Below are positions 8,305 to 16,483 of a DNA stretch of 32,000 nucleotides, piece after piece. This DNA comes from Candidatus Saccharimonadota bacterium (lineage in GTDB: Bacteria > Patescibacteriota > Saccharimonadia > Saccharimonadales > UBA4665): NCBI GenBank assembly GCA_002952755.1, contig CP025011.1, forward strand, positions 1,380,001 through 1,412,000. The letters run 5' to 3'. The notes below the pieces were generated by a model, which was given only the letters and a program-made list of their open reading frames with translations, searched no databases and had not been told where the DNA came from. A program made the position numbers and the translations under genes. How positions within the stretch are numbered: position 1 is the first letter of the stretch; every line of letters begins with the position of its first letter.

Positions 8305-9141
8305 TTAAGATGGATTTTCTTGAATTCGTTGCGCCCAGATACTTCGGCCATCAGCGCATACAGGAAGTAAGCACATGGCATGTGGTATTGCGATACATAG
8401 TGGTATGAGATGGGAGATGCCGTGGCTGGCAATCATAACAATTGTACAGAAGATTATACCGCTCAGCGGACCGGCGGCAGCAATATTGCGTTCATGAACA
8501 ACACTTTGGGGCAGGTACATACAAGCTAGATAGCCTGCATGTGAAAGCAATACGGCGCGCTGACGGTATAGTTTGATTGCTACAATATGGCCTATCTCGT
8601 GAACGATACACGATGCGACCGCTGCCATTGATGCAGAAAGCAGCCACAGCGGAAAACCAGCCGCTAATGACCCTAACGCATACAGTACTAAAAACCCGAC
8701 GACAAAAAGTCCATATGCGCGCCACACGCCTTTTATAAAGCCGGCAAGCGATAATCGGTTGCGAGACCGCCAGACTAATCTTGCCTTCAATCGGAGCAGC
8801 CAATGATATTCGCTGCCCCACGTGACACGGAGGCCACCAATCCGAGCGAGTTGGCCGTAAAAAGCAGTTATCGCCTGCATGACTTCTGCGTATCTCAAAT
8901 TTTGCTCGCGGCTGATGTGTTGAGTCATTTCGTGCAGGTGCTTGCCTTTTCCTAAGTCGGCAAGCACCCTAATCGCATCTGTCGACAGACGATACTGAGT
9001 GTGTAGGCCTATGTCGTGTAACACCCCGCCGCGCACCTTGAAATCGGGATGCAGGACGGCAGAGGTACCTACTTGCACTGAATTTTGATGAGAGCTTTCC
9101 AGAAATCTACTTGGCTGACGCTGACGTGCCCCCAGCCACAT
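8305..9141 (-). CDS. polytopic membrane metalloprotease, site-2-protease (M50)-like, with an N-terminal PqqD/RRE-like domain
   Basis: HExxH lies inside a hydrophobic helix (CIVHEIGHIVAIKL, nt 8587-8601). A second M50-like motif LLPVCADGRSIW resembles NxxPxxxLDG. Residues ~28-107 (YRLSTDAIRVLADLGKGKHLHEMTQHISREQNLRYAEVMQAITAFYGQLARIGGL) fit the PqqD/RRE pattern. The start is uncertain: ATG 9141 gives a 73-nt overlap with the peptide gene, and GTG 9078 is the alternative. Confidence 0.6.
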   Translation of the reverse strand: MWLGARQRQPSRFLESSHQNSVQVGTSAVLHPDFKVRGGVLHDIGLHTQYRLSTDAIRVLADLGKGKHLHEMTQHISREQNLRYAEVMQAITAFYGQLARIGGLRVTWGSEYHWLLRLKARLVWRSRNRLSLAGFIKGVWRAYGLFVVGFLVLYALGSLAAGFPLWLLSASMAAVASCIVHEIGHIVAIKLYRQRAVLLSHAGYLACMYLPQSVVHERNIAAAGPLSGIIFCTIVMIASHGISHLIPLCIAIPHAMCLLPVCADGRSIWAQRIQENPS

Positions 9142-9263
9142 ACGGCGACCGCCGCAGCCGAAGCGCCACCCAACGCGATTCCGAATGCCAGCGCGTACAC
9201 TAATAATGGCCCTACTTCATTAATTACCGGTGGTTGGCCCACCGGAGTCATGGCGATAGTCAT
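9069..9263 (-). CDS. small hydrophobic peptide, 64 aa (MTIAMTPVGQPPVINEVGPLLVYALAFGIALGGASAAAVAVCGWGHVSVSQVDFWKALIKIQCK)
   Basis: The ATG at 9263 is preceded by AAGGAG with an 8-nt spacer. It has its own promoter-like sequence upstream. There is one Gly/Ala-rich TM-like segment and two Cys. It lies immediately 5' of the RRE-M50 gene on the same strand. Confidence 0.55.
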   Translation of the reverse strand: MTIAMTPVGQPPVINEVGPLLVYALAFGIALGGASAAAVAVCGWGHVSVSQVDFWKALIKIQCK

Positions 9264-9323
9264 AGCACCCACTCCTTGCTACTTAGTTTAAATTTGAATG
9301 TGTCTTTCCGGACCGACGGCTGC

Positions 9324-9352
9324 ATACTATCCAAGGCTCGTCGAACTTGCAA
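9324..9352 (-). promoter_or_regulatory. candidate promoter of the peptide/M50 operon (-35 TTGCAA 9347-9352, 17-nt spacer, -10 TAGTAT 9324-9329)
   Basis: Hexamers read on the minus strand, about 60 nt upstream of the peptide ATG. Confidence 0.35.
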
Positions 9353-9363
9353 GTCTTTTTTAG

Positions 9364-9470
9364 AGCAGAACTCCTGTGCTGTGTTGAGTAGAGTCAGGCG
9401 TAGTGCAACCAGACCGACTTTAGTCGGCCTGCGTGAAACGCTCTACTCAACACAGCACAGGAGTTCTGCT
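9364..9470 (-). repeat. structured hairpin element, copy 1: 30-bp perfect stem (9364-9393 / 9441-9470) enclosing a 47-nt core shared with 22719-22766
   Basis: Left arm AGCAGAACTCCTGTGCTGTGTTGAGTAGAG is the exact reverse complement of the right arm. The reverse complement of the core is identical to copy 2 except for one T in a T-run. The strand is assigned from a G-T (G-U) pair versus an A-C mismatch in the inner 9-bp hairpin. Confidence 0.8.
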
Positions 9471-9542
9471 AAACTACAGCCAACATCGTCAGTCGCAAAG
9501 AAACGACTGCCCCAGCCAAAGCTCGGCAAGAATAGCTACAGC

Positions 9543-10691
9543 CTACTTGATGTAATCGTGCAGCTTGCGGGCGTCTTTGTGCTTACGTAATTTTGCCAGG
9601 GCCTTAGCCTCGATTTGGCGAATGCGCTCGCGAGTGACGCTGAATTCCTGCCCTACTTCTTCAAGCGTGTGCTGCTTGCCGTCTTCTAGACCAAAACGCA
9701 GCTTAATGATCTTTTGTTCGCGCTCAGTAAGTGCTGCGAGCATGTCTTTTACCTGCTCTTTGAGCAATTGATTGGTTGCAGATTCTTCGGGCGAGATAGT
9801 GTCTTCGTCTTCGATAAAGTCAGCCAGCACCGACTCTTCTTCGTCGTCACGGATTGAGGCGTCGAGCGAGGAAATATCCTGCTTAATCTTCATGATGTGC
9901 TCAACTTTGTCGACTTCGATATCCATCGCCGAAGCGATCTCTTCGTTAGTCGGTTCGCGGTTGAGTTCCTGCGTCAGACGGCGCTGGGTACGCAGTAATT
10001 TATTGATAGTCTCTACCATATGCACCGGAATGCGGATGGTGCGAGCCTGATCGGCGATTGCCCGGGTAATGGCTTGACGAATCCACCAGGTGGCGTAGGT
10101 TGAGAACTTAAAACCTTTTTCGGGGTCGAACTTTTCGACGGCGCGCAGCAGGCCGGTGTTACCTTCCTGAATCAGATCAAGCAAATCAAGACCGCGGCCC
10201 ACATATCGCTTGGCAATTGATACCACCAAACGCATGTTGGCCTCTGCCATCTGATCTTTAGCGTCTTTATCGCCGGCAACAACGCGCTTGGCCAGGGCTA
10301 ATTCCTGCTCGGCGTTTAGCAGAGGGATCTTACCGATTTCCCGTAAGTACAAACGGACAGAGTCATCGGCAATATCATCCAGATAATGCTGGTCTTCTGT
10401 GATAATCTCTTCGTCGCCCTCGACCGACCACTCATCACTGCCTGCTGCTATATCATCAGTAACGACCGGCAAGGCAGTAGTTGTTACCTGGATATTCAAG
10501 TCGGCCAGCTCGGTATAAAGCTTATCTAAAACGTCGGCATTCTCGGGGGTATCAGCAATAGATTTAGTTATGTCGCGCTGGTCGATGTGGCCGTCTTTTT
10601 TTGCCTTGGCGACGAGCTCTTTTTTGAGTTGTTCGAAATCCGGCGTAGCGTCAGCCTCTGCCGGAGCGATAGTCTTTTTTGCTTTAGGCAT
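9543..10691 (-). CDS. rpoD: RNA polymerase primary sigma factor (sigma-70)
   Basis: Region 2 through 4 signatures are present ([27 protein letters not shown]; [22 protein letters not shown]). There is a strong SD AAAGGAGG. It overlaps the dnaG stop by 8 nt. Confidence 0.95.
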   Translation of the reverse strand: MPKAKKTIAPAEADATPDFEQLKKELVAKAKKDGHIDQRDITKSIADTPENADVLDKLYTELADLNIQVTTTALPVVTDDIAAGSDEWSVEGDEEIITEDQHYLDDIADDSVRLYLREIGKIPLLNAEQELALAKRVVAGDKDAKDQMAEANMRLVVSIAKRYVGRGLDLLDLIQEGNTGLLRAVEKFDPEKGFKFSTYATWWIRQAITRAIADQARTIRIPVHMVETINKLLRTQRRLTQELNREPTNEEIASAMDIEVDKVEHIMKIKQDISSLDASIRDDEEESVLADFIEDEDTISPEESATNQLLKEQVKDMLAALTEREQKIIKLRFGLEDGKQHTLEEVGQEFSVTRERIRQIEAKALAKLRKHKDARKLHDYIK

Positions 10692-12441
10692 GGGCGCCTC
10701 CTTTATGCTTCTTTAGTAGGTCGTCGAATTTTTTGGCTGCAGCGAGTAGTTCGGCCGTGCGAGCGTCGTCTGAGGATTGTAGTTCGCGGGTAATGCGCTG
10801 TTTTTGGGATTTTACATATTGGTCTATCAGATGTACCTGCAATCGAGCGGCTTCGCCTTGAAGTTCCTGAAGCTCGAGGTCCTGATAGAGCTCTTCAAAC
10901 AATAATGACAACATTTTAACATAGTCGGCAATCGGTCGCAAAGGTGTTGCAGCTGCAGCTTCTCCGGCAAAGTCCGGATTGGCTTCTAAAAAGGCTAATA
11001 GGTCGCGCGCTGGCGCCTCGATGATCATCTGAGTTTTGATAGGCACCAGAAAGGAACGCATTGCCGGGCGCAGCAAGGTAATCGAGAGTAGATTATTCTG
11101 CACCTTTGTCATTTCCAATTGAGCACTATCGAGCGGCTTGACTGCTGCTTTATGCGCCTTTAGCTTAGGTAGCGGAACAGCGTCTTTGAGCTTACCGAGG
11201 AGTGCCTGGTTGCTGACGCCAATGAGCTTGGCTATTTCACCAATGTAGTGCTCTTGTTCGACAGGATCGTTCAGCCCGCGCACTACTCCCATAATCACAT
11301 CGCTAAACTGTCGCTTGCCTTGCGCAGTGGTAATGTCCAATTTTTCCTGATATCTATTCATAAGCCAATCGAGCGCATACTGGGGCTTTTCGATAATCTC
11401 CTGCCAGGTTGCGGGGTTCTGTTTGATCAGTTCGTCAGGATCTTTACCACTCGGAATAGTAATAATGCTCAGGCTGACGCCCACTTTGCTAGCAATAGGG
11501 ATGGCGCGCTCTGTGGCATTGAGCCCCGCACTATCTGCGTCAAAGCTGAGCCGGATATCGCCTGTAAAACGACTCAGTGCCTTGAGATGCGGCGCGGTTA
11601 GTGCCGTGCCTGCCGTGGCGACCACCTGCCGCACGCCCGCTTGATGACTGGCAATAACGTCCAGATTTCCCTCGGCAATCACCACATATTTGGTCTTGCG
11701 AATAGCTTCTTTGGCCAAATGTAACCCATAGATATGGCGGGACTTGTCGTACAGCATCGTCTGCGGCGTGTTGATGTATTTTGGCGCATTGGGGTCGTCC
11801 ACCAAGATACGTGCCGTAAAGCCGATGACACGCCCCTGCGGATCCTGCAATGGGATCATTAGGCGGCCACGAAACATGTCCCCCAGGCCCCGGTAGCGCT
11901 GAGCGCTGAGGCCCGCCCCTTTGATTTCCTGCTCGCTAAAGCCCTTCTTGCGCAAAAAATCAACGAGTGCCGTGCCCGTATTCGGGGAATATCCTAAATG
12001 CCACTCCAGTACTGTCTGCTTGGTAAAGCAGCGTTTTTTGAACACATATTCGAGCGCTGTTTGGTTTTTACTAAACTGGACCTGGTAAAAATGAGCAGCC
12101 AGCTCCAGGGCTTCATGCAGCCGCTCTTTTTCTTTGGTATTATTTGTGTACGACCCCTTATATTGCTCAAGGTCGACGCCGGCTTTGCGGGCCAGTAGCT
12201 CTAGCGCACCGCGAAAATCAAGCCCTTCCATCTCCATGACAAAGCTGAACATATTGCCGCCTTTGCCAGAGCTAAAGTCGTGCCAGATCTGCTTTTCCGG
12301 GCTCACTATAAAACTAGGTGTGCGCTCGTTACCAAACGGACTCAAACCCTTAAAATTACGGCCGGCACGCTTAAGTTCGACGTACTGGCTTACTACGTCT
12401 TCTATACTCAAGCGACTCTTAATATCCTCAACCGCGTCCAC
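10684..12441 (-). CDS. dnaG: DNA primase DnaG (TOPRIM primase) with a degenerate zinc-binding domain
   Basis: The N-terminus is colinear with the DnaG zinc ribbon ([35 protein letters not shown]). A TOPRIM EGNLDV motif and the following DnaG core are present. GTG start. The gene order is dnaG-rpoD. Confidence 0.9.
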   Translation of the reverse strand: MDAVEDIKSRLSIEDVVSQYVELKRAGRNFKGLSPFGNERTPSFIVSPEKQIWHDFSSGKGGNMFSFVMEMEGLDFRGALELLARKAGVDLEQYKGSYTNNTKEKERLHEALELAAHFYQVQFSKNQTALEYVFKKRCFTKQTVLEWHLGYSPNTGTALVDFLRKKGFSEQEIKGAGLSAQRYRGLGDMFRGRLMIPLQDPQGRVIGFTARILVDDPNAPKYINTPQTMLYDKSRHIYGLHLAKEAIRKTKYVVIAEGNLDVIASHQAGVRQVVATAGTALTAPHLKALSRFTGDIRLSFDADSAGLNATERAIPIASKVGVSLSIITIPSGKDPDELIKQNPATWQEIIEKPQYALDWLMNRYQEKLDITTAQGKRQFSDVIMGVVRGLNDPVEQEHYIGEIAKLIGVSNQALLGKLKDAVPLPKLKAHKAAVKPLDSAQLEMTKVQNNLLSITLLRPAMRSFLVPIKTQMIIEAPARDLLAFLEANPDFAGEAAAATPLRPIADYVKMLSLLFEELYQDLELQELQGEAARLQVHLIDQYVKSQKQRITRELQSSDDARTAELLAAAKKFDDLLKKHKGGAHA

Positions 12442-12556
12442 TACTAGTAGTGTAGCGTATGTTACCCCTGTTGCACAGATAATCGGGACGGCCGGATCTT
12501 ATCTAAGCGTGCGCTAACACTTTCATAACATAACCGGCGTGTGATTAAATATTGTT

Positions 12557-13198
12557 ATGAATCCCGATCCGTACGGCGCACCTCCGCAGCCGCCCCCTCC
12601 TAATTACGATTTTATTCTGGCCGGGCCCACCAAAGCGTCAAAGCCATCAAAGGGATTAGGTACGGCCGGATCTGGTTCGTTTATGGTGAAACTGGCGGTA
12701 TTACTTGGTGGTGCGATATTACTGATCATCGTCATTGTTGTAGGCAGTAATCTTTTTTTGGGCGATAAAACGAATGTCGCCGACCTCACCACGCTTACCC
12801 AAACCGAAAGTGAGATCATACGCGTGAGCGGGCTAAGTAGCCAGTCGAGTAACCCTCTCGTACTCAATGCGGCGATTAATACCAAGCTATCGCTCACTAC
12901 CCATCAGAATCAATGGCTCAGCTATTTAGCCAAAAAGAAGACGAAAGTTTCGGCGAAACAACTCCTCGCCAAAAAAAGCACAGCCACCGACAAGACATTG
13001 ACTGCCGCCCAATCCGCCTCCACGTTTGACGCCACCTTCATCACTATTATGCGTAAGCAGCTTACCGACTACGCCTCCGAAATAAAAACAGCGTACGATA
13101 ACTCTCTGCCGACCGCCAAAACGGAACGTAATCTGCTGCACCAGGACTATCAACAGGTAGCCTTACTCCTACAGCAATGGCCAGCAAACACAGACTAG
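12557..13198 (+). CDS. hypothetical single-pass membrane protein (Pro-rich N-terminus, one TM, extracytoplasmic domain)
   Basis: MNPDPYGAPPQPPPPNYDF is followed by the TM segment LAVLLGGAILLIIVIVVGSNLF. No family recognised. Confidence 0.6.
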   Translation: MNPDPYGAPPQPPPPNYDFILAGPTKASKPSKGLGTAGSGSFMVKLAVLLGGAILLIIVIVVGSNLFLGDKTNVADLTTLTQTESEIIRVSGLSSQSSNPLVLNAAINTKLSLTTHQNQWLSYLAKKKTKVSAKQLLAKKSTATDKTLTAAQSASTFDATFITIMRKQLTDYASEIKTAYDNSLPTAKTERNLLHQDYQQVALLLQQWPANTD

Positions 13199-13518
13199 CC
13201 GACCACTAATTGGTATGAGTGACGGATAAGATCCTGTACTTCTTCCCAGGTTAGCTGGCCAGTGAGCAGTACGGTATTCCAGTGTTTTTTATTCAGATGA
13301 TAACCCGGCACGACCGTTTCGTATTTCTGGCGGAGTGTTTCAGCCAAAAGCGGATCACACTTTAGGCTCAAACGAATCGGCGAACTTTTTTCGGTCACTA
13401 AGGCGAACATTTTATCGCCTACCTTATATACAGCTACGTTTTCTCCGAATGGATAGTCAAGCCTGGCGTTCGGAAAACTCAAAAGGTAGGTTTCTAATTC
13501 TATATGGTCTGGCATCAT
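13195..13518 (-). CDS. MmcQ/YjbR family DNA-binding protein
   Basis: Family pattern DYPFGENVAVYKVGDKMFAL ... LKCDP ... PGYHLNKKHWNTV ... HSYQLV. Length is 107 aa. Confidence 0.75.
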   Translation of the reverse strand: MMPDHIELETYLLSFPNARLDYPFGENVAVYKVGDKMFALVTEKSSPIRLSLKCDPLLAETLRQKYETVVPGYHLNKKHWNTVLLTGQLTWEEVQDLIRHSYQLVVG

Positions 13519-13526
13519 GTTTAAGC

Positions 13527-13979
13527 TTACCCTATCATGCCCAAAACTGCGGGGATATCTTCTGCGATATAGTCAGCTCCTGCTTCATGCAAAGGCGAGA
13601 CGTTACCAGACCCATGGCTGACGCCAATAGTATAGACCAGGCCGGCATCCTTACCCAGCAGGATATCACCATGAGCATGGCTTACCAGCACCGCCTGCTC
13701 TGGAGCCATGCGCATAAGATGCAATACGTGATGGACGCCGGCGGGTTCTTTTGGTTCAATCCGCTCGTCCATGTTTTGGTCAGCACACAAAACCTGCGAG
13801 AAATACTGGCGAATACCTGCTTCTTCCAGCCGCACCAGGATCCGGTGATCTTTGTTACTCAATCCCGCAACACGCGCGTCAAGACGGCGAAGAATAGCTA
13901 AAAGGTCTGTAACGCCTTCGTGCAATGTATCTTCAGTCATGAAGAGTGTATGATCTAAATCAAAAATTACTGCGCGCAT
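13527..13979 (-). CDS. HAD-superfamily hydrolase (short, cap-less type)
   Basis: Motif I is FDLDHTLF (DxDxT). Motif II is GLSN. The C-terminal GDILLGKDAG resembles motif IV. Confidence 0.7.
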   Translation of the reverse strand: MRAVIFDLDHTLFMTEDTLHEGVTDLLAILRRLDARVAGLSNKDHRILVRLEEAGIRQYFSQVLCADQNMDERIEPKEPAGVHHVLHLMRMAPEQAVLVSHAHGDILLGKDAGLVYTIGVSHGSGNVSPLHEAGADYIAEDIPAVLGMIG

Positions 13980-14047
13980 TTTGCAAAAATCCGTATAGAT
14001 TGTATATTATACACCTCATAAACCAGAAGGTGAAGTCTGATCCTTGC

Positions 14048-14536
14048 TTAAACAGATGTAATTGGACGTGCAATACACGGGGAGCTCGGTACAAAATGTA
14101 AGATAAACGTACCGTATAAACTTCCCTCAGGAGCCTCGAATACGCCAGAAGGGGCTTCCGCAGATAGTGTCATACCGAGTTCCGTTGCAGCCATGGAGGC
14201 AATCTTTGGAGCGTCTTGGCTCGCCTGGGCTTGCGAAAGACCGGTTGCGCCATATCCAACTTGAGCAAAGACAATATATCCCAAATCTTTCGGGGCCCTT
14301 AGGTTGTCCCGGTCTTTAGTCTCGACTATCTTTACAACGTCCCATCCTTGCCCTCTGAGCAATGCGGGTGCATTGGAAGCGGGTATGCTGAAGCCGAAAC
14401 GCGCCGTACTCTCCATGCCGTCTCCGCAACCTTTTATATCAGGTTTACTGCCACCTGACGCGCAGGCCGACATCCCCATGGCAACGGCTGCCAGACTCGT
14501 GGCCCAGCGGGGTTTACGATGATTGAATTCACTCAT
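14048..14536 (-). CDS. putative lipoprotein, function unknown
   Basis: Signal peptide with a lipobox-like AMGMSAC. SD GAGGA lies 5 nt upstream of the ATG. Confidence 0.6.
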   Translation of the reverse strand: MSEFNHRKPRWATSLAAVAMGMSACASGGSKPDIKGCGDGMESTARFGFSIPASNAPALLRGQGWDVVKIVETKDRDNLRAPKDLGYIVFAQVGYGATGLSQAQASQDAPKIASMAATELGMTLSAEAPSGVFEAPEGSLYGTFILHFVPSSPCIARPITSV

Positions 14537-14563
14537 GTTATCCTCATTATATAATGAACAATA

Positions 14564-15115
14564 CTAGCTCGCGCGTTGCTTGAGCCAGTCGAGGTAGTAT
14601 TGTAGCTCTGTAATCGACTCCCGGATGTCGCCGGCGGCGCGGTGGGCGTCTTTTTTCTCGAACTCTACGCCGTATTTGCCTTGCATGAGCACCTTAAAAG
14701 CGGTGACATCGAACATACGATAATGCAGCAGGGCGTCGACTTCGGGCCACCATTGCCGGATAAATTGACGGTCCTGGTGAATGGAATTCCCGGCCAGTAC
14801 TGCTGGCTCGTTGCCAAAATGCTCTTTAATGAGGGCGGCGAACTCCTGCACTACTTCTTTTTCTGGCCGGCCATGAGTGCGAATGCGATCGGTTAAACCG
14901 CTGGCGGCGTGCTGAGCCGCAGCCCACTCATTCATAGAAGCTAACGCCATTTCAGACTGCTTAATAATCGCTTCGTAGCTAGCGAGCGAAGCAAAGTCAA
15001 AATCGGTTATCTCGGCCGCTATTTCAATAATGACATCGCTAGTCGGCTTGAGGCCGGTCATTTCCAGGTCTACCCATAGAAGTTTGGTTGGCAGTGCGTG
15101 TTTATCAATATTCAT
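14564..15115 (-). CDS. orn: oligoribonuclease (DEDDh 3'-5' exoribonuclease)
   Basis: LLWVDLEMTGL ... IIEIA ... GNSIHQDRQFI ... HRAAGDIRESI is the Orn family pattern. Length is 183 aa. Confidence 0.9.
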   Translation of the reverse strand: MNIDKHALPTKLLWVDLEMTGLKPTSDVIIEIAAEITDFDFASLASYEAIIKQSEMALASMNEWAAAQHAASGLTDRIRTHGRPEKEVVQEFAALIKEHFGNEPAVLAGNSIHQDRQFIRQWWPEVDALLHYRMFDVTAFKVLMQGKYGVEFEKKDAHRAAGDIRESITELQYYLDWLKQRAS

Positions 15116-15125
15116 TATCAGATGC

Positions 15126-15521
15126 CTACTTCTTTGGTAAAAATGCTAGTGCCGCCGAATTAATGCAAAAACGCTGCCCTGTCGGCTGATCAGGGGCATC
15201 GTCGAACACGTGCCCGAGATGGCCGCCACACCGGGCGCAGGTAACTTCTACACGATGCATGCCAAGCGTATTATCGGGAGACAGCACTACCGAACCCTTT
15301 TTGGCATCATAGAAGCTGGGCCAACCGCAATCGGCTTCAAACTTAGTCGTCGAGTCAAATAGCACATTGCCGCAGGCTGCGCAGGTGTAGCTGCCCGCCT
15401 GATCGTTGTATAACAGTTTACCGGTAAATGGCGCCTCGGTGCCTTTACCGCGAAGCACTTCGTATTGCTCCGGGGTCAGTTTCTTGCGCCATTCACTGTC
15501 GCTCAAGTTCATTCCTGACAT
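15126..15521 (-). CDS. msrB: peptide-methionine (R)-S-oxide reductase
   Basis: Two CxxC zinc motifs ([21 protein letters not shown]), GWPSF, and a catalytic RFCINS motif. Confidence 0.95.
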   Translation of the reverse strand: MSGMNLSDSEWRKKLTPEQYEVLRGKGTEAPFTGKLLYNDQAGSYTCAACGNVLFDSTTKFEADCGWPSFYDAKKGSVVLSPDNTLGMHRVEVTCARCGGHLGHVFDDAPDQPTGQRFCINSAALAFLPKK

Positions 15522-15542
15522 ATGGTCCTGTTCTTTTCCTAC

Positions 15543-16043
15543 TTACGTCTTCTTTTTGGACAATTTATCGAGCTTGAGGAGTTTAAAAATAGCGTACACG
15601 ATAACTGCTACGAGCAAAAAATTGAAGATCGTGTATACAACGTTGCCCCATTGAATTGCAGTAGCCCTGTTGCCCATATGCACCGTCCAGGTAAGATCGG
15701 TAAACTTCTGCTTGCCTGGCAAAAAGAGCTGCGTGACGGGCAGCACAAAACCATTCGTAATACTGTCTACTACTGTCTTCAACTGGGTACCAAGGACCAA
15801 TCCGATACCGATGCCGATGACGCTCTGGTCGCGCAAAAAATCGGTAAAGCCATCCACCTGACGGCTCATTTGTTTGGTAGCTTGCGAGGTAAGCGCCTGG
15901 CTCACCACTTCGGCTTGGCCAACAGGACCAAGATGGCGTAGCTTGGTAGCCACTTCTTTTACTTCACGTGTTTTGTTGGCAACGCGCGCGGCTTTGGCGC
16001 TGGTCTTGGTTTTATCCTCTGGTGTTGTGTTCTCAGCTTTCAC
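15543..16043 (-). CDS. mscL: large-conductance mechanosensitive channel MscL, possibly with a 58-aa Lys/Thr/Ala-rich N-terminal extension
   Basis: From M59 (nt 15869), MSRQVDGFTDFLRDQSVIGIGIGLVLG aligns with the canonical MscL N-terminus and both TM helices. The ORF track start at 16043 is a GTG located 9 nt after a TATAAT. The true start is unresolved (16043 or 15869). Confidence 0.8.
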   Translation of the reverse strand: MKAENTTPEDKTKTSAKAARVANKTREVKEVATKLRHLGPVGQAEVVSQALTSQATKQMSRQVDGFTDFLRDQSVIGIGIGLVLGTQLKTVVDSITNGFVLPVTQLFLPGKQKFTDLTWTVHMGNRATAIQWGNVVYTIFNFLLVAVIVYAIFKLLKLDKLSKKKT

Positions 16044-16483
16044 GGTAAACCTATTATAACACCCCGAGTGCTAGTGCAGCCGACCATTGCTATCCTGGGC
16101 CCCGATCCGAGATCTAAAATAAGGCCTCGGGTATTTGGACCAAGGTGCGGATCGCAGTGGAAAGAAGCCTGTTATTACACCGAGTTAGCCTGCTCAATCA
16201 AGCTTACATCGCTCAATTTCAGATTGATAAAACCGGGCCCAGCAACAGTGACAGTATCTACAGTTCCGCTCGTTCCCGCAGACGCGAAGCTAATTCGTTG
16301 GCTATCTCGTGCGGTAGGCGGCTGAGTCTACCGGCTAGCTACAGGTGATATTGGTTGCATAATCGCCAAATTGCTCATCCGGACGGTAAGCTCAGGGGGT
16401 ACTCGCAAGGTTGAACAAATCTTGTATGGCGCTCACTAGCGCAGTTTGTAGCGTCTTCATCAGGGGGGGAATTATATCAGGCT

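Noticed and set aside
9085-9590. Plus-strand ORFs (68 aa and 118 aa) cross the peptide gene, its promoter and the hairpin element.
   Set aside because: They read through a 30-bp perfect inverted repeat and a promoter region. They have no SD, and the minus-strand features explain the region better.
16380-16420. CATCCGGACGGTAAGCTCAGGG superficially resembles SRP RNA helix 8 (UCCGGAAGGAAGCAGCC).
   Set aside because: The would-be tetraloop is GGAC, not GNRA. The flanking bases do not form the symmetric or asymmetric loop stems, and no 5'/3' closing helix could be found. I also looked for tmRNA (tRNA-like 3' end, tag ORF), RNase P (GGAAAGUCCGGGC, ACAGAACCCGGCUUA) and tRNA T-loops in 16044-16483 and found none.
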